Assembly: GCF_006345805.1 (NCBI RefSeq)
Contig: NC_042998.1
Coordinates: 37,882,001 to 37,946,000 of the forward strand
DNA length: 64,000 nt
Reading direction: 5' to 3'
DNA from: Octopus sinensis
Taxonomy: Eukaryota
The position numbers and the translations under genes were made by a program. The notes beneath the pieces are model-generated. The model made no database searches. It worked only from the letters and a program-made list of their open reading frames with translations, and was not told where the DNA came from. Positions 38,254 through 51,659 of the stretch are shown piece by piece (position 1 is the stretch's first letter; each line of letters opens with the position of its first letter).

Positions 38254-40155
38254 TAAATGGAGTTAATCAAATTCTTTTACTTCCGACACGTGTTTCGAAG
38301 ACAACATTGGTATTATTCCAAAGGAATAAAATGGTGTAAAACAATGTAATCTTCTCTTCGGGGAAATATAGAAATAAACCAAACTCATCAATAAGACATT
38401 TTAACAGAATGTGATGGATGTGTGTAATGATGAACGGAACGCTATTAATTTCTTTTTTAAAACCGTTAGAGGATATAACATCAAAGGTAGCCTATAGAAA
38501 GAAGAGGGGTAAAGGAAAGAAATAAGCAGAAGACTAGTAAATGAGAAATATAGAGCGATATGTGAATTAAATAAAAGCTTAAAGGCCTGGAAAAAGATAT
38601 ATCTAGTGGAGTGAAATGTAAGAAGAAAAGTCAATGTTCAAATTATATATAATGGTAGATATCGCTTATATGAACTGAAGGTATATTCTGCCAATGTTTA
38701 CATCGATAAGCACACTCTAAAACAATATTTACAAGGGGATTCTTAGAAAAAAGAATAGAAAATAGTTCAGTATTACAGAGTTGGCAGAATTCTTTGCCTC
38801 TATCATATCGGAAGGAAATGGAGAGAAACAACCAATCTAAATTAAATTGTTTATTATGATCTTTTAGATACCAAATTAATTTACTAAGCCCTGTACTGTT
38901 GCGTTTATTTCTATCCCAAAATGTAGAGTAATGATTGGAAATTCTTTTAGATAACTGAGAAGAACTACCTATATAAAAAAAGATATCGGTACCTGAAGTA
39001 ATTTTACACTGGTATATAGAGTTTTTAATCTTAGACTTGCTAGACATAAACTTAATTCTGTTCGAATTGACTTTTGAGACAATAACCTTGTTATTGATAT
39101 TTCTAGGTGGGTGGTTGGTATTAGTTAAATTAATGTTAGTATTAGTAATTGGATTTTAATTTAACAGACTAATATTATGTGAGGAGATAATTTGTGAGAG
39201 ATTTTTTGTGTTGGAAAAACCAATCCTAACCGTGTGGGAGTTGATAATAGAGTAATACCTAGAATTCTCTGGAATTCCCGAAACTGGAAAGGAAGATTAG
39301 CTTTGATTTATCTCCCATAGAAATAATCAGCCAAATAGTTTTTCTATTAGTTGCCTTATTTTTAGTGTAACTATCTTTAAAAAAAATTGATTTACTTTTA
39401 GAATGACAAAAGGCTGGGGTGAATAACGGTTATCTCCCTTCCTCTGTTTGGTGTTGGCGTATAAATTAAAATTGATATCGTTTATATCTTACAACTAGAT
39501 TTCATGCCTCCATTACTAAAGGTAGAATAAGATTGAATGGAATTGATGTAGGTAACTTTATCTCTATAGCCTGCTTTAAGTACGGCAGAGTTATAAAATT
39601 CAGCCTTGTCGTTGAAAATGTCAACATTAGCAGATAACTTAGACAATCTAAATGAAATATTCTTAGCTAAGTTCTAGAATGATTACTGAATTGGCTAATA
39701 TACTTAAGATTGGTCGATGTTTTGTGGCATGCGAAGTACGAATTATTGTGTAAGTTAAGTGTAATATCTAAAAAGTTGGCTTTCGTTACATCATCATCAA
39801 AAACGATGCCTAAACCCATTCTACGGAAAAACCTAACTAAACTATTCTTAACTTTTTGTACTTTTTGGTACAGACCCACAGCTTGTTGTCAACATTTATG
39901 AAAGATTTTCTGGCAGCCAACACAACATTAATCTCTTCCCTGATTAGACCAGCTTTGTTATGAGCAATAAGGCACTTTGGCTTGCTCATAGTACTATTAG
40001 TGTGATGGAGGAATAGAAACTATAAATGTCAAAGTGGATAAACTTAGTGCTCCTCTTATTAGTAGTAGAACTAAACCAGTTGAATAATACTAACGTTGTC
40101 TTCAAAACATGCGTCGGAAGTAAAAGAATTTGAATAACACCTGCGTTTAACTCCA
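38254..40155 (-). mobile_element. Penelope-like retroelement, 5'-truncated: RT C-terminus + GIY-YIG endonuclease + pLTR, with inverted partial pLTR at the 5' end
   Basis: RT: FFRRMGLGIV...NFLDITLNL...YISQFSNH, LAKNISFRLSKLS...FYNSAVLKAGY. EN ORF 38643-39047: NSIY...YIG...STGLSKLIWYLKD...CQLCNTE...CKH. 40085-40155 is the reverse complement of 38254-38315. Confidence 0.85.
38279..38368 (-). ncRNA. Type I hammerhead-ribozyme-shaped motif in the Penelope pLTR (one core substitution)
   Basis: atttcc-CCGAAGA-gaaga(long stem II)tcttc-GAAAC-acgt-GTC-ggaagt. Stem I 6 bp, stem II 5 bp plus extension, palindromic stem III, GUC triplet. Core reads CCGAAGA instead of CUGANGA. Confidence 0.65.
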
Positions 40156-40171
40156 TTTATATATATATATA

Positions 40172-41489
40172 CGTACGTGCAAAAGTCTTTGGCTCCTTTA
40201 AACTAATGTAAATTTGTACTAATTGCCAACTTATTAGTGGATGTTTCGCATTGCGTATTTTAAAAATGAAACATTGACCCTGTTGGAATTATTTCCATAC
40301 CTAATGATTATATTTTGTAGTAGGGGTTCTGAATGAAAGGGGAAGATGCGAGACGACCACTAAAAATGCCAGGCAAAAGTTTTCAGCCACCACACATAAC
40401 CAATCAAGATACAGTGTTTGAAAAACAGAAAATATGTCTATAATAAAAATTTATTGCATAATGTTCATTTGAATAAGTTACTGAACATTATTAATATTTC
40501 GTGTGGCTTTCCTCAGCTTGAATAATTGCTTCAATGCATCTGAGAAGAGATACATACAAATCCTTCACCATCTTCATAGGTACGAGATGACATTGTTTGT
40601 GGCTAAATTGCCACAACTCTTCAGGATTGTGTGGATTCTTCTGACGAGCTCTTCTCTTTAGTTCTGTTCCCATTTGTTCGTGATATTTAAGTCAGGGCTC
40701 TGAGCTGGCCAATCTGAAGGTGTTACCAAATCGGTAACACCTTCCTCAGCCAAACGCTGTGGCATGGAGAACCGTCATGCTGAAAAATCTCACCTTCATC
40801 AAAGTCTGGTATCAAATTCAGCAACTGGATGTATTTGGCACTATTCAAGATACCGTCAATTGTAACCAAATTTTTTGACCCATCACTTTTTATGTATCCC
40901 AAAGCTTGAGACTCTTACCCCCAAACTTCACTGTTTTCGTCGAATAAAGTGGGTCGTTTCGCTTTCCTGTAGGCCTTCTGACAAATTCTCGGTTATTAGA
41001 AAGCGAAACGACCCAAGTTACACGACGAAAACAGTCTGATGGTTTGGAAATACATAAAAAGTTTTGGTTCAAGAAATTTGGTTAAAATTGACAGTAACTT
41101 CAATAGTGCCGAGTCCACGTATTCTTGAAGAGTTGGCGCATTGAAGCCATTATTCGAGCAAAGCGAAGTCACACGAAATATTAACAATGTTCAGTAACTT
41201 CTTGAAATGAACATTATGCAATAAAGTTTCATTATAGACATATTTTCTGTTTCTAAATCACTGCATCTTGATTGGTTTATGTGAGATGGCCGAAAGCTTT
41301 TGCACGGCCATTTTTAGTGGTCGTCACGCTTCAACTCATCTCATTCAGAACTCCAACTACAAAATATAATGATTAGATATGGGAACGACTCCAGTAGGGT
41401 CAATGTTTCATTTGTAAAGAACGCAATGCGAAACATTCACTTATAAGCTGGCAAGTAGTTGAAATTTACAATAGTTTAAAGTGGCACGG
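40172..41489 (-). mobile_element. Tc1-like IR/DR transposon relic with two 3' ends
   Basis: Minus strand: WT...W, VRRP.GKRNDP.Y..KTVKFGG, FQHDGSPCH, DWPAQSPDLN, IEAIIQAEESHTKY*. Arms 40172-40540 and 41138-41489 are inverted copies with outer and inner cgtgcaaaag direct repeats, bounded by TA. Confidence 0.85.
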
Positions 41490-41496
41490 TATATAT

Positions 41497-41693
41497 AAAT
41501 CAAATCAGCAAACAATTAAAAAAAGAGAGAGAAAAAGGAAACAACGAACGTGAGGACGTGCAGAAGAAATATATCAATTTGACGCTCGGTGAAAAGAGAG
41601 CAGTTGTTAGCGTTTCGAGTATAGCTCTTCGTCGGAAACATAAAAGTTCAAAGAGAAAGACAGAAAAATAAGGAAAAATTCACGCGTGGTTAC

Positions 41694-41697
<4 letters not shown>
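41497..41697 (-). mobile_element. ~200-bp pLTR-like short element with hammerhead-like core
   Basis: Minus strand 41609-41639 reads gtttCCGACGAagagctatactcGAAACGCT. Flanks are homologous to 48690-48885 in reverse. Confidence 0.55.
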
Positions 41698-41750
<53 letters not shown>

Positions 41751-41754
<4 letters not shown>

Positions 41755-41830
41755 CAAAATAAGCAACAAGGATATCCAAAGGTAGTGTAGCTACACTACC
41801 TTTGGATATCCTTGTTGCATATTTTGATTA
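41751..41830. repeat. 80-bp loop-less palindrome (one mismatch) abutting (TA)n
   Basis: taatcaaaataagcaacaaggatatccaaaggtagtgtag|ctacactacctttggatatccttgttgcatattttgatta. Confidence 0.93.
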
Positions 41831-41997
41831 TAATCACCTCATTTGATTTATATCGATAATACCATACCAAATTCTGGTGCCTTTACTTGAGCACCATATT
41901 CATCTGAATCTAAATTTTTGCTGAACTTATATATATATATATATGCACACCCACATATAAATATATAATATATCTATCTCTGTCTATGTATCTTTCT

Positions 41998-42059
<62 letters not shown>

Positions 42060-44171
42060 ATATTGTTCTCGTGAAAAGTAATACATGAGGTATTCTTAAC
42101 AGTCACACATTGAATCTTGTAAATTCTATATTTGCCTTTTCACAGACGTACACATTCTATGAATAAAAGAATAAAGAACATCTTCAAACTGATGACAGAT
42201 AAATGCACGACTACACATAATATATTTTAACAAACCCACTGGAGAGAAAAAAACAACAATAGAATATAAACAAGACGCAAGACTACTTTTAGAACATGAA
42301 TGCCAAGTATTTAAAGTATTATTGGCTGTTAATGCTTCCTACATTTTTTATTCCTAAATACATTGTTAACAATATACAGTCGGCCTCGGTACTTCGAAAC
42401 ATTGCGCTGACAATGACACCTTCAATGATAAAAAAAAAAAATAACAGCAATTTCAAGAACAAGAACCACAATAATAAAGATATATTTTTATTGTAATACG
42501 GGCAAAGAATGGGCAACAGCACAAGCAACAATTCCAAAATAGCTCAGATTTATGTTGCATATGGTGCGAAAATATTTTAGTCGAAACAAAGTAAGAAATA
42601 AATAAATGTTGTAAAATATAGTCTGACCTAAAATGAAAATGAACAACATAGACATGGAGCACGGCATTGTTACTACAATCTTTTATGGAGCCCTTCTATC
42701 ACTTTTGTTAGGCAACTACCATGACAGTATCCATGGTATTCGATATTGTGCTGGTGATGTTGTTCCTATACGTTAATATGATTTTAACGTTCCGCTAACA
42801 GTATCATTTTTAGAAAGATATGCATACACACATGTACCCTAATTCACATACACACATGTGCCCAGATACACACACACAAAATATACCTTTTTCAAATGTA
42901 TGTCTAATAAAGCAATTTTGCTAGAGCCTCCAGACATGGAGAAACAGGCTGCTCTCTTGGCCGGATGAGGACGTTCAGTGTATTTAGAAATGAATGAACT
43001 AAATATAGTGATAAATATTTTGTATGCATATGATGATAACTTTAATCAGGGCTAAATGACCGTCTTTGTAAGTATGTAATAATATTCTTAAATCAGTGAA
43101 ATCTTACTTAAGGGAAATAGAAGAAAATGAGTTTAAAAATTGGAATGGAACGATTATATTTACGAAGACTAGAAAGAGGTAGGAGAGTTATGCAACTTGA
43201 AAATTATTGAACATCTAATCTTTAGCGATACAAAACAGACTCGTAAAATGCAATGAGAAGTTGAGAGAAACAGCGACAAACACGAATAAAAATAACTCTT
43301 CTCTGTCTTTAAAGGAAGTAGCAAATACAAAGAGGCTGCAATTAGTAACATTTTGCAAGGAGAAATGAGAGAGAACCGAACTTTAGTAAACGCTAAAAAC
43401 CAAACTAAAATTTGAAGCAGAAAAAAAGAAAGAAAAGAAATGTGAAATGTCTAAAACCAAAAACGGAAGGAGATGAAAATAGATGATGACAATCATCAGG
43501 GCTAAGAAGCACAAAATACAAATTGGAATCCAAACTAGTTTTGATTTGGTACAAAATCAAAGCTTTGCGACCAGAAACCTCGAAAAGCCAGCAATAAAGC
43601 AAAATGTGCTGAGTTGCTATCGAATAAATGGCAGCTAGGGAGAAATAGCCAGATTATTCTTAACGATGAAAAATAATTATCTAGCGACATTACACAGTTG
43701 GAACATTTATACATATGCTAGCATAATTAAGTATCAACTAAAACGGATACAGCTCTCCGGGATATGCCACTCCACACTTACAGGAAATCACGAAATTAGT
43801 CGCCGTATTATTGTTTTTATGGCCAACCAGTAATTTCAGTCGTATTATCTCTACTCAGGCAACAAGTTTCACTCAAAGAAATGGACAAATTATCCAAAAT
43901 CAAAATATCAAAAAAGCCAAAGTTTATAGAACTTTGCGAATTTAAACAATCATAACAGCATACAGAACGATATCGGAGGATTTTCAAATATACAATGCAT
44001 ACTGGAAATATCACTTCTATATATATATATATATATATCTTAAATATTACGTAAGCTACACACAATAGAATATAAGATACAAAAACGAAATCAAATACTA
44101 TTCTTATCCAGGGATGAGCTGTACTTGGTAGCACATTAAAATTACATGTTAAAAAATATTACTAAATAACA

Positions 44172-44310
44172 ATGATGATGATGATGATGATAATGACGAT
44201 GATGATGACGATGATGATGATGGTGATGATGATGATGTTAATAATGATGCTGACGACGACGACGATGATCACGATGATAATGATAATGATGATGACGATG
44301 ATGATGGTAT
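44172..44310. repeat. Imperfect (GAT)n microsatellite
   Basis: Directly visible. Confidence 0.92.
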
Positions 44311-44324
44311 GATACATTAGTTTC

Positions 44325-44522
44325 AAATTTTGGCACAAGGCCAGCAAGTTCGGTCGATTATACTCACTCTAGTATTCGACTAGTACTTATTTTATTGACC
44401 TCCGATAGAAGGAAAGGTAATGTAGACTTCGGAAGAATTTGAACCCACAACATAATAAACAGACGAACTGCCACTAAGCATTTCGTCCGACGTGCTAACG
44501 ATTCTGCCAACTCACCGCCTTA
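44325..44522 (-). mobile_element. Older SINE family A
   Basis: ggcacaaggccagc...gaatttgaaccc...gctaacgattctgccaactcaccgcctt. Confidence 0.75.
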
Positions 44523-46238
44523 ACGTTATGATACACTGATAATAGAAACATAGACCTGCGAACTTATAGGCTTCCGTATAATTAATTAAAAGTCAATTAC
44601 TAAATATGCTATTTCGACTGCTGTTTCAGATCCTGGTTTAGCTATCTCAACTAGTAGGAGGCTCTCTTAGCCGGTACATAATCAGGCGGTGTCAGGTCAT
44701 GCTGTAACATTCACCACTCTACTGTTGGCTTGTGTTTCTTTTACCTCGATGAATTATGGACGAAGGCGAATGGCTTTGGATCGTTTCCATTTTACAAGTG
44801 TATAAGGAATTCACTGAATATTTTTATATTTACTACTTTTTTTTTAAATCCATAAAATAAGTTAGATGGCAGTTGAAATTAAATTTAGTTCTCACCTGAT
44901 CTAATTTACATTTGCCAACTGACAAATGAAACTGCAATAGTCATATTAATAGAAGAATATTACCAGGTGACAATATGATAAACTCACAGAAGAAAAGTAT
45001 TGGCTAAATATCTCTACACAGGTGGAGATGATGAAACCGTCTTGTGCGGTGTAATATATCTGACTCCATCCTCATTAATCGTAAACACGACATCACCTAC
45101 TATCCAAGGAAGAGGAAAGAAAAAAAAATACATGCTTTTCTATTATTCCTCGTGGAAGGAACAAGAATGTTTGTAAGGATGTACAAATCATTATTTGCCA
45201 CCGAACATGACGTCAAGTGATACTCAAAGAGAAGATACACAATTTCGAAGAGAAGAAAAGAAACTCAACTCGGCTTTATTGAATGCTGTCATATTGTAAT
45301 GCCTCTGGCTGAGGTACAGTACGTTTCCACCCGATAAGTAGTTCTTAAAAAAATTGAGGTGTGGTAGGGAATAAAATTATGAGACGGAAAAAATACTAAG
45401 TAAAGCAAGACACGGTAAGAAATGAGGATACAGCGAAGAGTGTGAGGTGTGAGGTTAATAAAGGTAAGCAAATAACGGAGGAAATTTTCAATAGACAGGG
45501 AATACTATGTTATAGAAAAGTCATTCTGTTACAGATGAACACTTTGCGTAAAAAAAAAAATTAAAAGAGTTGATGAACAAGGATGTTAGTTCTGTGAATA
45601 GTTATTGATTTTCTGTATACATATCTATCTTTCTATACTTTTTTTTATTTCAGTTTGCAATTCGTCATCAATTTTTCAATATTAAATTTTTCTCAATACT
45701 ATTTTGTTTGATTTCTTGACATTAAAAAAAAAAATCTTCATATGAATGAGAATGCAAAACAAATATATCTATAGAAACCTAAGAAACGATGTTTACTTTT
45801 TTTTGGAATTTATGGATGCATTTATTTATTTAAGGAAACATTTATTTTATATTTCTTTAATTCTCCAATATATTTATGGCTTATTTGTTCTAAGAGAATA
45901 AATCTATATGGACACTGTTATTAACGTTTTCGATAGAATATAATTCTCTAAAACATATCGCCACCATTACGATGATGATTATCATCAGCATTACCACTCC
46001 CACCGCCACCGGCAGCATCATCACATTACCGCCACTGCCACTACCGCGACCACCACCTCCACTATCATCATCATCATTATCATCATCAGCGTGAATAACT
46101 TTTTTCTTTAAACTAAAGAAATTTGGAATATTGCTTAGATTTTATATTTTGCTTATGAATGATTTTCTATTTAATTTTGAAAGCTTACTTGGGGTAAAAT
46201 ATTTTTTTGCCCGCACCAGCCGCAGCCACACACAAGCA

Positions 46239-46288
<50 letters not shown>

Positions 46289-46948
46289 CATACATGCAGG
46301 AAACATTGCATGTTTTAATTTTCCATATCGTCCTTATAACCAGCTTTCAACAATTACTTATGCTTGTGTGTAAAATGGAATTTTATTATTTCAATTCTGA
46401 ATTTAATAAGAATTTCTATAGAAAACCGCCATCCTTTTCATTGTTGTACGGAAGTGATGACGATACCTCTCATGCATTGCAAGTTTGTAATATCGAACAG
46501 GTGCGCCACAATAATTACTTAAGTTTAAGGGCATGGACGCGTTTGATTAACCATTTTGAAGAAACAGGACGAAATGTCATTGAAGTTTCTACAGTTCCTC
46601 TAACAAGCAATCATATTACGGTTGGAAGACATAAAAATGTCATATGAAGATAATATTCACTTCTTCATTTCGGATTGTTATGCGAATTTACAAGGAAATA
46701 TCAGAATATATATATGCAGAATATGAGTTATTCAAGACGTTAGACGAATGACAGTTAATCGCTGAGACAAATCTATTTGTTGATGTTGCGTATTGTAATA
46801 TTTAGAAATTGATTTTGGAGTAAAATGCAGCATGAATTTAGGAGGGGCCTTACTTGAACACTTGCTACATGGTTAAAATATCTTTAATTTCTCAGTTTGC
46901 TGAACTTCTTCGATTTTGTCAAATGTTTCCAGATATCTTTTGCGTTTT

Positions 46949-47261
46949 AACTCTTACATGTTTCAGTCGTTCGACTGTGGCCAAACTGGGGCACTCTCAC
47001 GAAGAATTTTGAGTCTACTGAGTGGACCCCAGTACTTCTTCCAAAGTCTGTTACTTATTCTATAGGTCCCTTTTTGCCGAATCGCCAAGTTTCGTAGAAA
47101 TAAGCACACCAACACCAGTTGACAAGCGGTGGTGAGGGCCAATCACAGCCACAAAGAAACAAACACACCACATTAGTTCTTAACCACATTGTTCAGTCCC
47201 CAGGCAGGCCAAAACCTTGTGAGTGGATTTGGTAGATCGAAACTGAAAGAAGCCCGACGTC

Positions 47262-47306
<45 letters not shown>

Positions 47307-47310
47307 TTGC
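46949..47310. mobile_element. SINE family B with its two halves in opposite orientation
   Basis: 3' half on minus (46949-47170); deleted 5' half plus (TA)n(TG)n on plus (47175-47310). Confidence 0.65.
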
Positions 47311-48324
47311 GTGTAGGAAAGGATATTGTAATTACTGTGGATGCATAGAGGCAAGTGTTTTGTGTGTTGATTTTGTTTGCATTTGGACCTATGGCTCTTT
47401 ACTATGGCTCTTTACTTTTCTGTCAACATAAGTATCTTAGAAGCTACCGAGCTTTAATTCTTTAATATTTTAATTTTTAATTTTTAACTTTTAATTTTTA
47501 ATTTCTATTTTTAATTTAAGTTTTCACATTCAAATTTTAATTTTTAATTCTTTAATTTGTATCCTTTATCCATTCAATTGTAGTTTTATCCTATATATAT
47601 CCACTAAAGCTTGGCATCTATTTCTAGCTATCCCTTCTGGCCACTGACCCCACCTAACTTAGATTTCATCTATTTAATTGACATAAATAACTTCCTCCTT
47701 CACTTAACGCCTGACTTCTGACCCCGAACCGACACTTACTAAAAATAATAGCGGGATCTTATCTTTATTCTTTTTATTTTTTATTTCTTATTTTTTTAAA
47801 TTTTTTTATTTTACTTTACTTTCGCTCCCATTCTTTTCCGCACTTATCCCATTCCTTTCTTTTTTTTCCCTCTCTTTTTCTCCTCTCTTCTATCCACTCC
47901 TCACAACCCACTGCTGTATATCTTGATATCTGTCTTTCTCACTCTATATACACACGTCGACCATTTACATATATCATTCAAAATACTACCCAAATACTGC
48001 CTGGGTCCACCTGGGATTATACCTGAGGGCCTATACGTTTAACCTCCTACACTCTGAACAAAGATAAAGTGTGAACTTTTTTCTCCTGATAGTATTCTTC
48101 TATCTACTTTTGCTCTTTATTTTTCTATTTTATTGCTTACAAACTGTGAATTTCCATGTCTAGAACTTTTATACATGCTCACCTTGTCTCTGTGTACGGA
48201 CATGCTAGCCTATCGCTGGGGATATCCAAAAACGGCTGTAAGACTTCAAATTCACCTTACCCTAATTAAATTATTATAAATGACTTGATATACTCGTCCT
48301 GCCTTGGTTTTTGTTGTCCTCTTA

Positions 48325-48559
<235 letters not shown>

Positions 48560-48560
<1 letters not shown>

Positions 48561-48880
48561 AATGGAGCAAAAACGCAATAGAAGACAATAAAACATTCGG
48601 ACGGATAGACTAAACAAAAGCGGACAAGGGAAACAACAATTAGGATAGGCAAAAACAGACGGGTCATTCGTGGAGTTGACCGCGTGTGTACCGTTGGCGA
48701 TTTTTTTCCTCCGTCTTCCCTTCTTTGGATCTTTCCTTTTCCAATGTTTCTGACGAAGAGCTCCGCTCGAAACGTTAAATCCTCCTTCTTTCCATCTTTT
48801 CTGAGCGTCCAATAATACTATACTTGTTCCACGTCCTCGCGTTGTTGTGTTTTCTCTTTTTGTTCTCATGTTTGGATTAA

Positions 48881-48885
<5 letters not shown>
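48560..48885 (+). mobile_element. (TA)n-embedded pLTR-like element with minimal hammerhead core
   Basis: 48750-48777 reads CTGACGA-agagctccgctc-GAAAC-GTT. Left part resembles 53600-53900. Confidence 0.6.
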
Positions 48886-48960
<75 letters not shown>

Positions 48961-51601
48961 CAGCTCCTTCGAGCTCCATGAGATTTGAGGTCAGTTCTTA
49001 ATACACTAAGTATAGAAAAGTGCATACGTACATGCGTCTTTTTATATGCCGTACTCACATGCATTAATTCCTAAACCTAAAAATTTGGAGCTCTCAGACT
49101 TCTCTAGATATAAAGAGTAATGTCCGCACAGGTTTGTGCGAAATTTGAGAATAGCTTTAGTTTCGGGGAGATAGCGACTTGTAGCATGTCAGTCAATGTT
49201 TGTCAAATTGCTAAACAATTTGTGAAATCTCAGATTTTGTGTACAGCAAATTAACAGAATTGTCAAGATTTTCAAAGAATCGGATTTGTAAGGTTTCGGT
49301 TTTTCAGTAATCACCTGCTTGATGTTGAAATCAGTCACAGTTTCTTTAAATTGCTAGATTTAATTAGTGTCATTACAGTTCTATTTTCAATGTGCCTGGA
49401 AAGATAAAGGATGATTAAAATATTGTTGTTTAAATTTTCCTTTTGCCCTACATATGTATGGTTCGCGAATAGCTTCAGCTTAAAAAATAATTGTCTTAGC
49501 ATTGTATACGTGATTGTGTGGGTAAGTATCGTTGTATTGCATGCAGAGTTGGCCTTAGATGATGTCGTTAGTTTATAAATTGCAAAAGTTTCTTTTTATT
49601 TTCTTTATCCGTTCATACATGGGCAATGCTGGAAGTCACCCGTCACGAAAAGGCTTTGTAAAACATAGAATATCTTGGATGCATTAGATTTTGGTTGTAG
49701 CAGGTTATAGGTAATCCCATCTCTGATCCCCAGTTTCAGTTGCTGTGTTTAATTGTAGTTTCCCTTCTCAAAACGATACTTATTACAGGGCACAAATATC
49801 CTTCTGCACATGATGTTAAGATGTAAAAAGCTTTATTGATTGTAAGTTTTTGCTGAAATGTTTGTGTATCTTGTGAAATTTACAGCATCACCTTAGAAAT
49901 TAATGATGTTTAAAATAAATTCATTATGTTTATGACAAAAATTTTTCAAACTACTGACATGTTCTTTTCTTGATGTCTCGAAAATATCTCCATTGCCGTA
50001 TTAGGAAATAGTCAATGGATCATGTGATTGCTAAGCAATGTCTATATATATTTTGTATGTCTAGGATGTATTATTTCATATTGCCAGAAACTTCAGTGTA
50101 TCTTTGTGCAGCTATTCTAAGACGCATTTTTGCAACGTGCATTACAAAATGTATTTAATTATAGTCTGAAGTGAAATAAACTAAGTCAATTGTAAGGTAT
50201 CTACGAATGGAAATTTAAATACAATCGAATAAATTTGATTAATTAATTACTGATATCATTTAATCAGCTATCGTTTATGCTACCATTCCAGTGTTAGAAG
50301 TTGCTTGCTTTCCCATGGTGGTATGGACATTACTTAAAATTTCTCTTGCAAAATTATTACGATTTCTTATTTTGACAGATACAAGTTAGAGGAAAAGTTG
50401 TTTTTTTATACACTCTACGTACAAAACACGCGTGGGATTTAGTAAAATGTTTCTCAGATATGAGTTTGTTGGGTGGGGCACACGCATCATGATACAAGTT
50501 CACTACAATGGCTTCATGTATGTCTGATTATATTCTTATTTAGTAGCGGTCCATACATGCAACAGTCAATTTTAATTATTTTTTTAAGGATTATCAGCGA
50601 ATAATAATGTTATCTTGAACTTCATATTGTTATTAATGTCAGATTATACTTTATTTTGATACTTCACTTTTATCGTTATTGAGGCAAAACAGAAATCATT
50701 GGACACGTTATGTTTAATATTCAAGAGTATGTTCTTATCTTTTTATAATAACGGTAAGGTCCGTTTTAAGGCAGACTTGCTGGAACATATGAGCGCATGC
50801 GTATCATACATCCTCTACTTTCCAAGTAAATTTTTAATTATTACATCTGAGAAGGTTTAGGAGTATTGAATGGGGTTTGTGTACAAGGTACCAAGCTAAA
50901 ATTGATGTAAAATGTGTTTTTGTGAGTGCATATAAAGACCTTAAGGGAAACTCTAACACTTTGGAGTTAATGACTGTCATCTTCCGTCACTGAACGAAAA
51001 TCACAAACCCTAAAGAAATGAATATCTAAACTTGAAGTTATTCCCATTTGCGTCCGGTGAGAAACCATTTCTGTACGTCATACGTCCAGTTTCCATTTCC
51101 TCACAATACACACAGACTGTGTTTCTGGAAGGAATGGAAGAAATTGGTTCGATAAGTGTAATAAGATAGAAGACGTATGTATCAAAGAAAGAGAGGCTGG
51201 AAGGGAGAGCGGGAGAGAGAGAGAGAGATAGGAAGACAGGCAGAGGCATAAGAGAATATTCGAGAATATTCTGTACTGTCACAACAAACATTTACATATC
51301 ACTGCAAGAGGATTGCAATAGTTGTGTGTATTTACCACGAATGTTGTCACAAATCCGATCGAAGGAAGCGAATGCCTTTTACCATTTCAGATATGACTTC
51401 GGATTATAAGCAGCTCACATTTCTGATCCGTGGTGGTCGGATCTGGCAGTCTCTCGTTATTCATCGCATTTAAGGTTATCTTTTTTACATTAGCAGATAA
51501 ACACAGACACATCCACACGTACATGAACACATAGAATATATAAACACACATATTGTACACAAACACATACACATATGTCTGCATGGCATGTATATATATA
51601 T

Positions 51602-51659
<58 letters not shown>

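Noticed and set aside
42296-42662. Hydrophobic ORFs as a GPCR or chemoreceptor fragment
   Set aside because: The hydrophobicity comes from T-rich/A-rich composition; there are no receptor motifs or credible splice structure.
47985-48045. C-terminal remnant of a second Penelope GIY-YIG endonuclease (GIIPEGLYV*)
   Set aside because: Resembles the W...L.T..P.GLN ending but is too short and degenerate to call.
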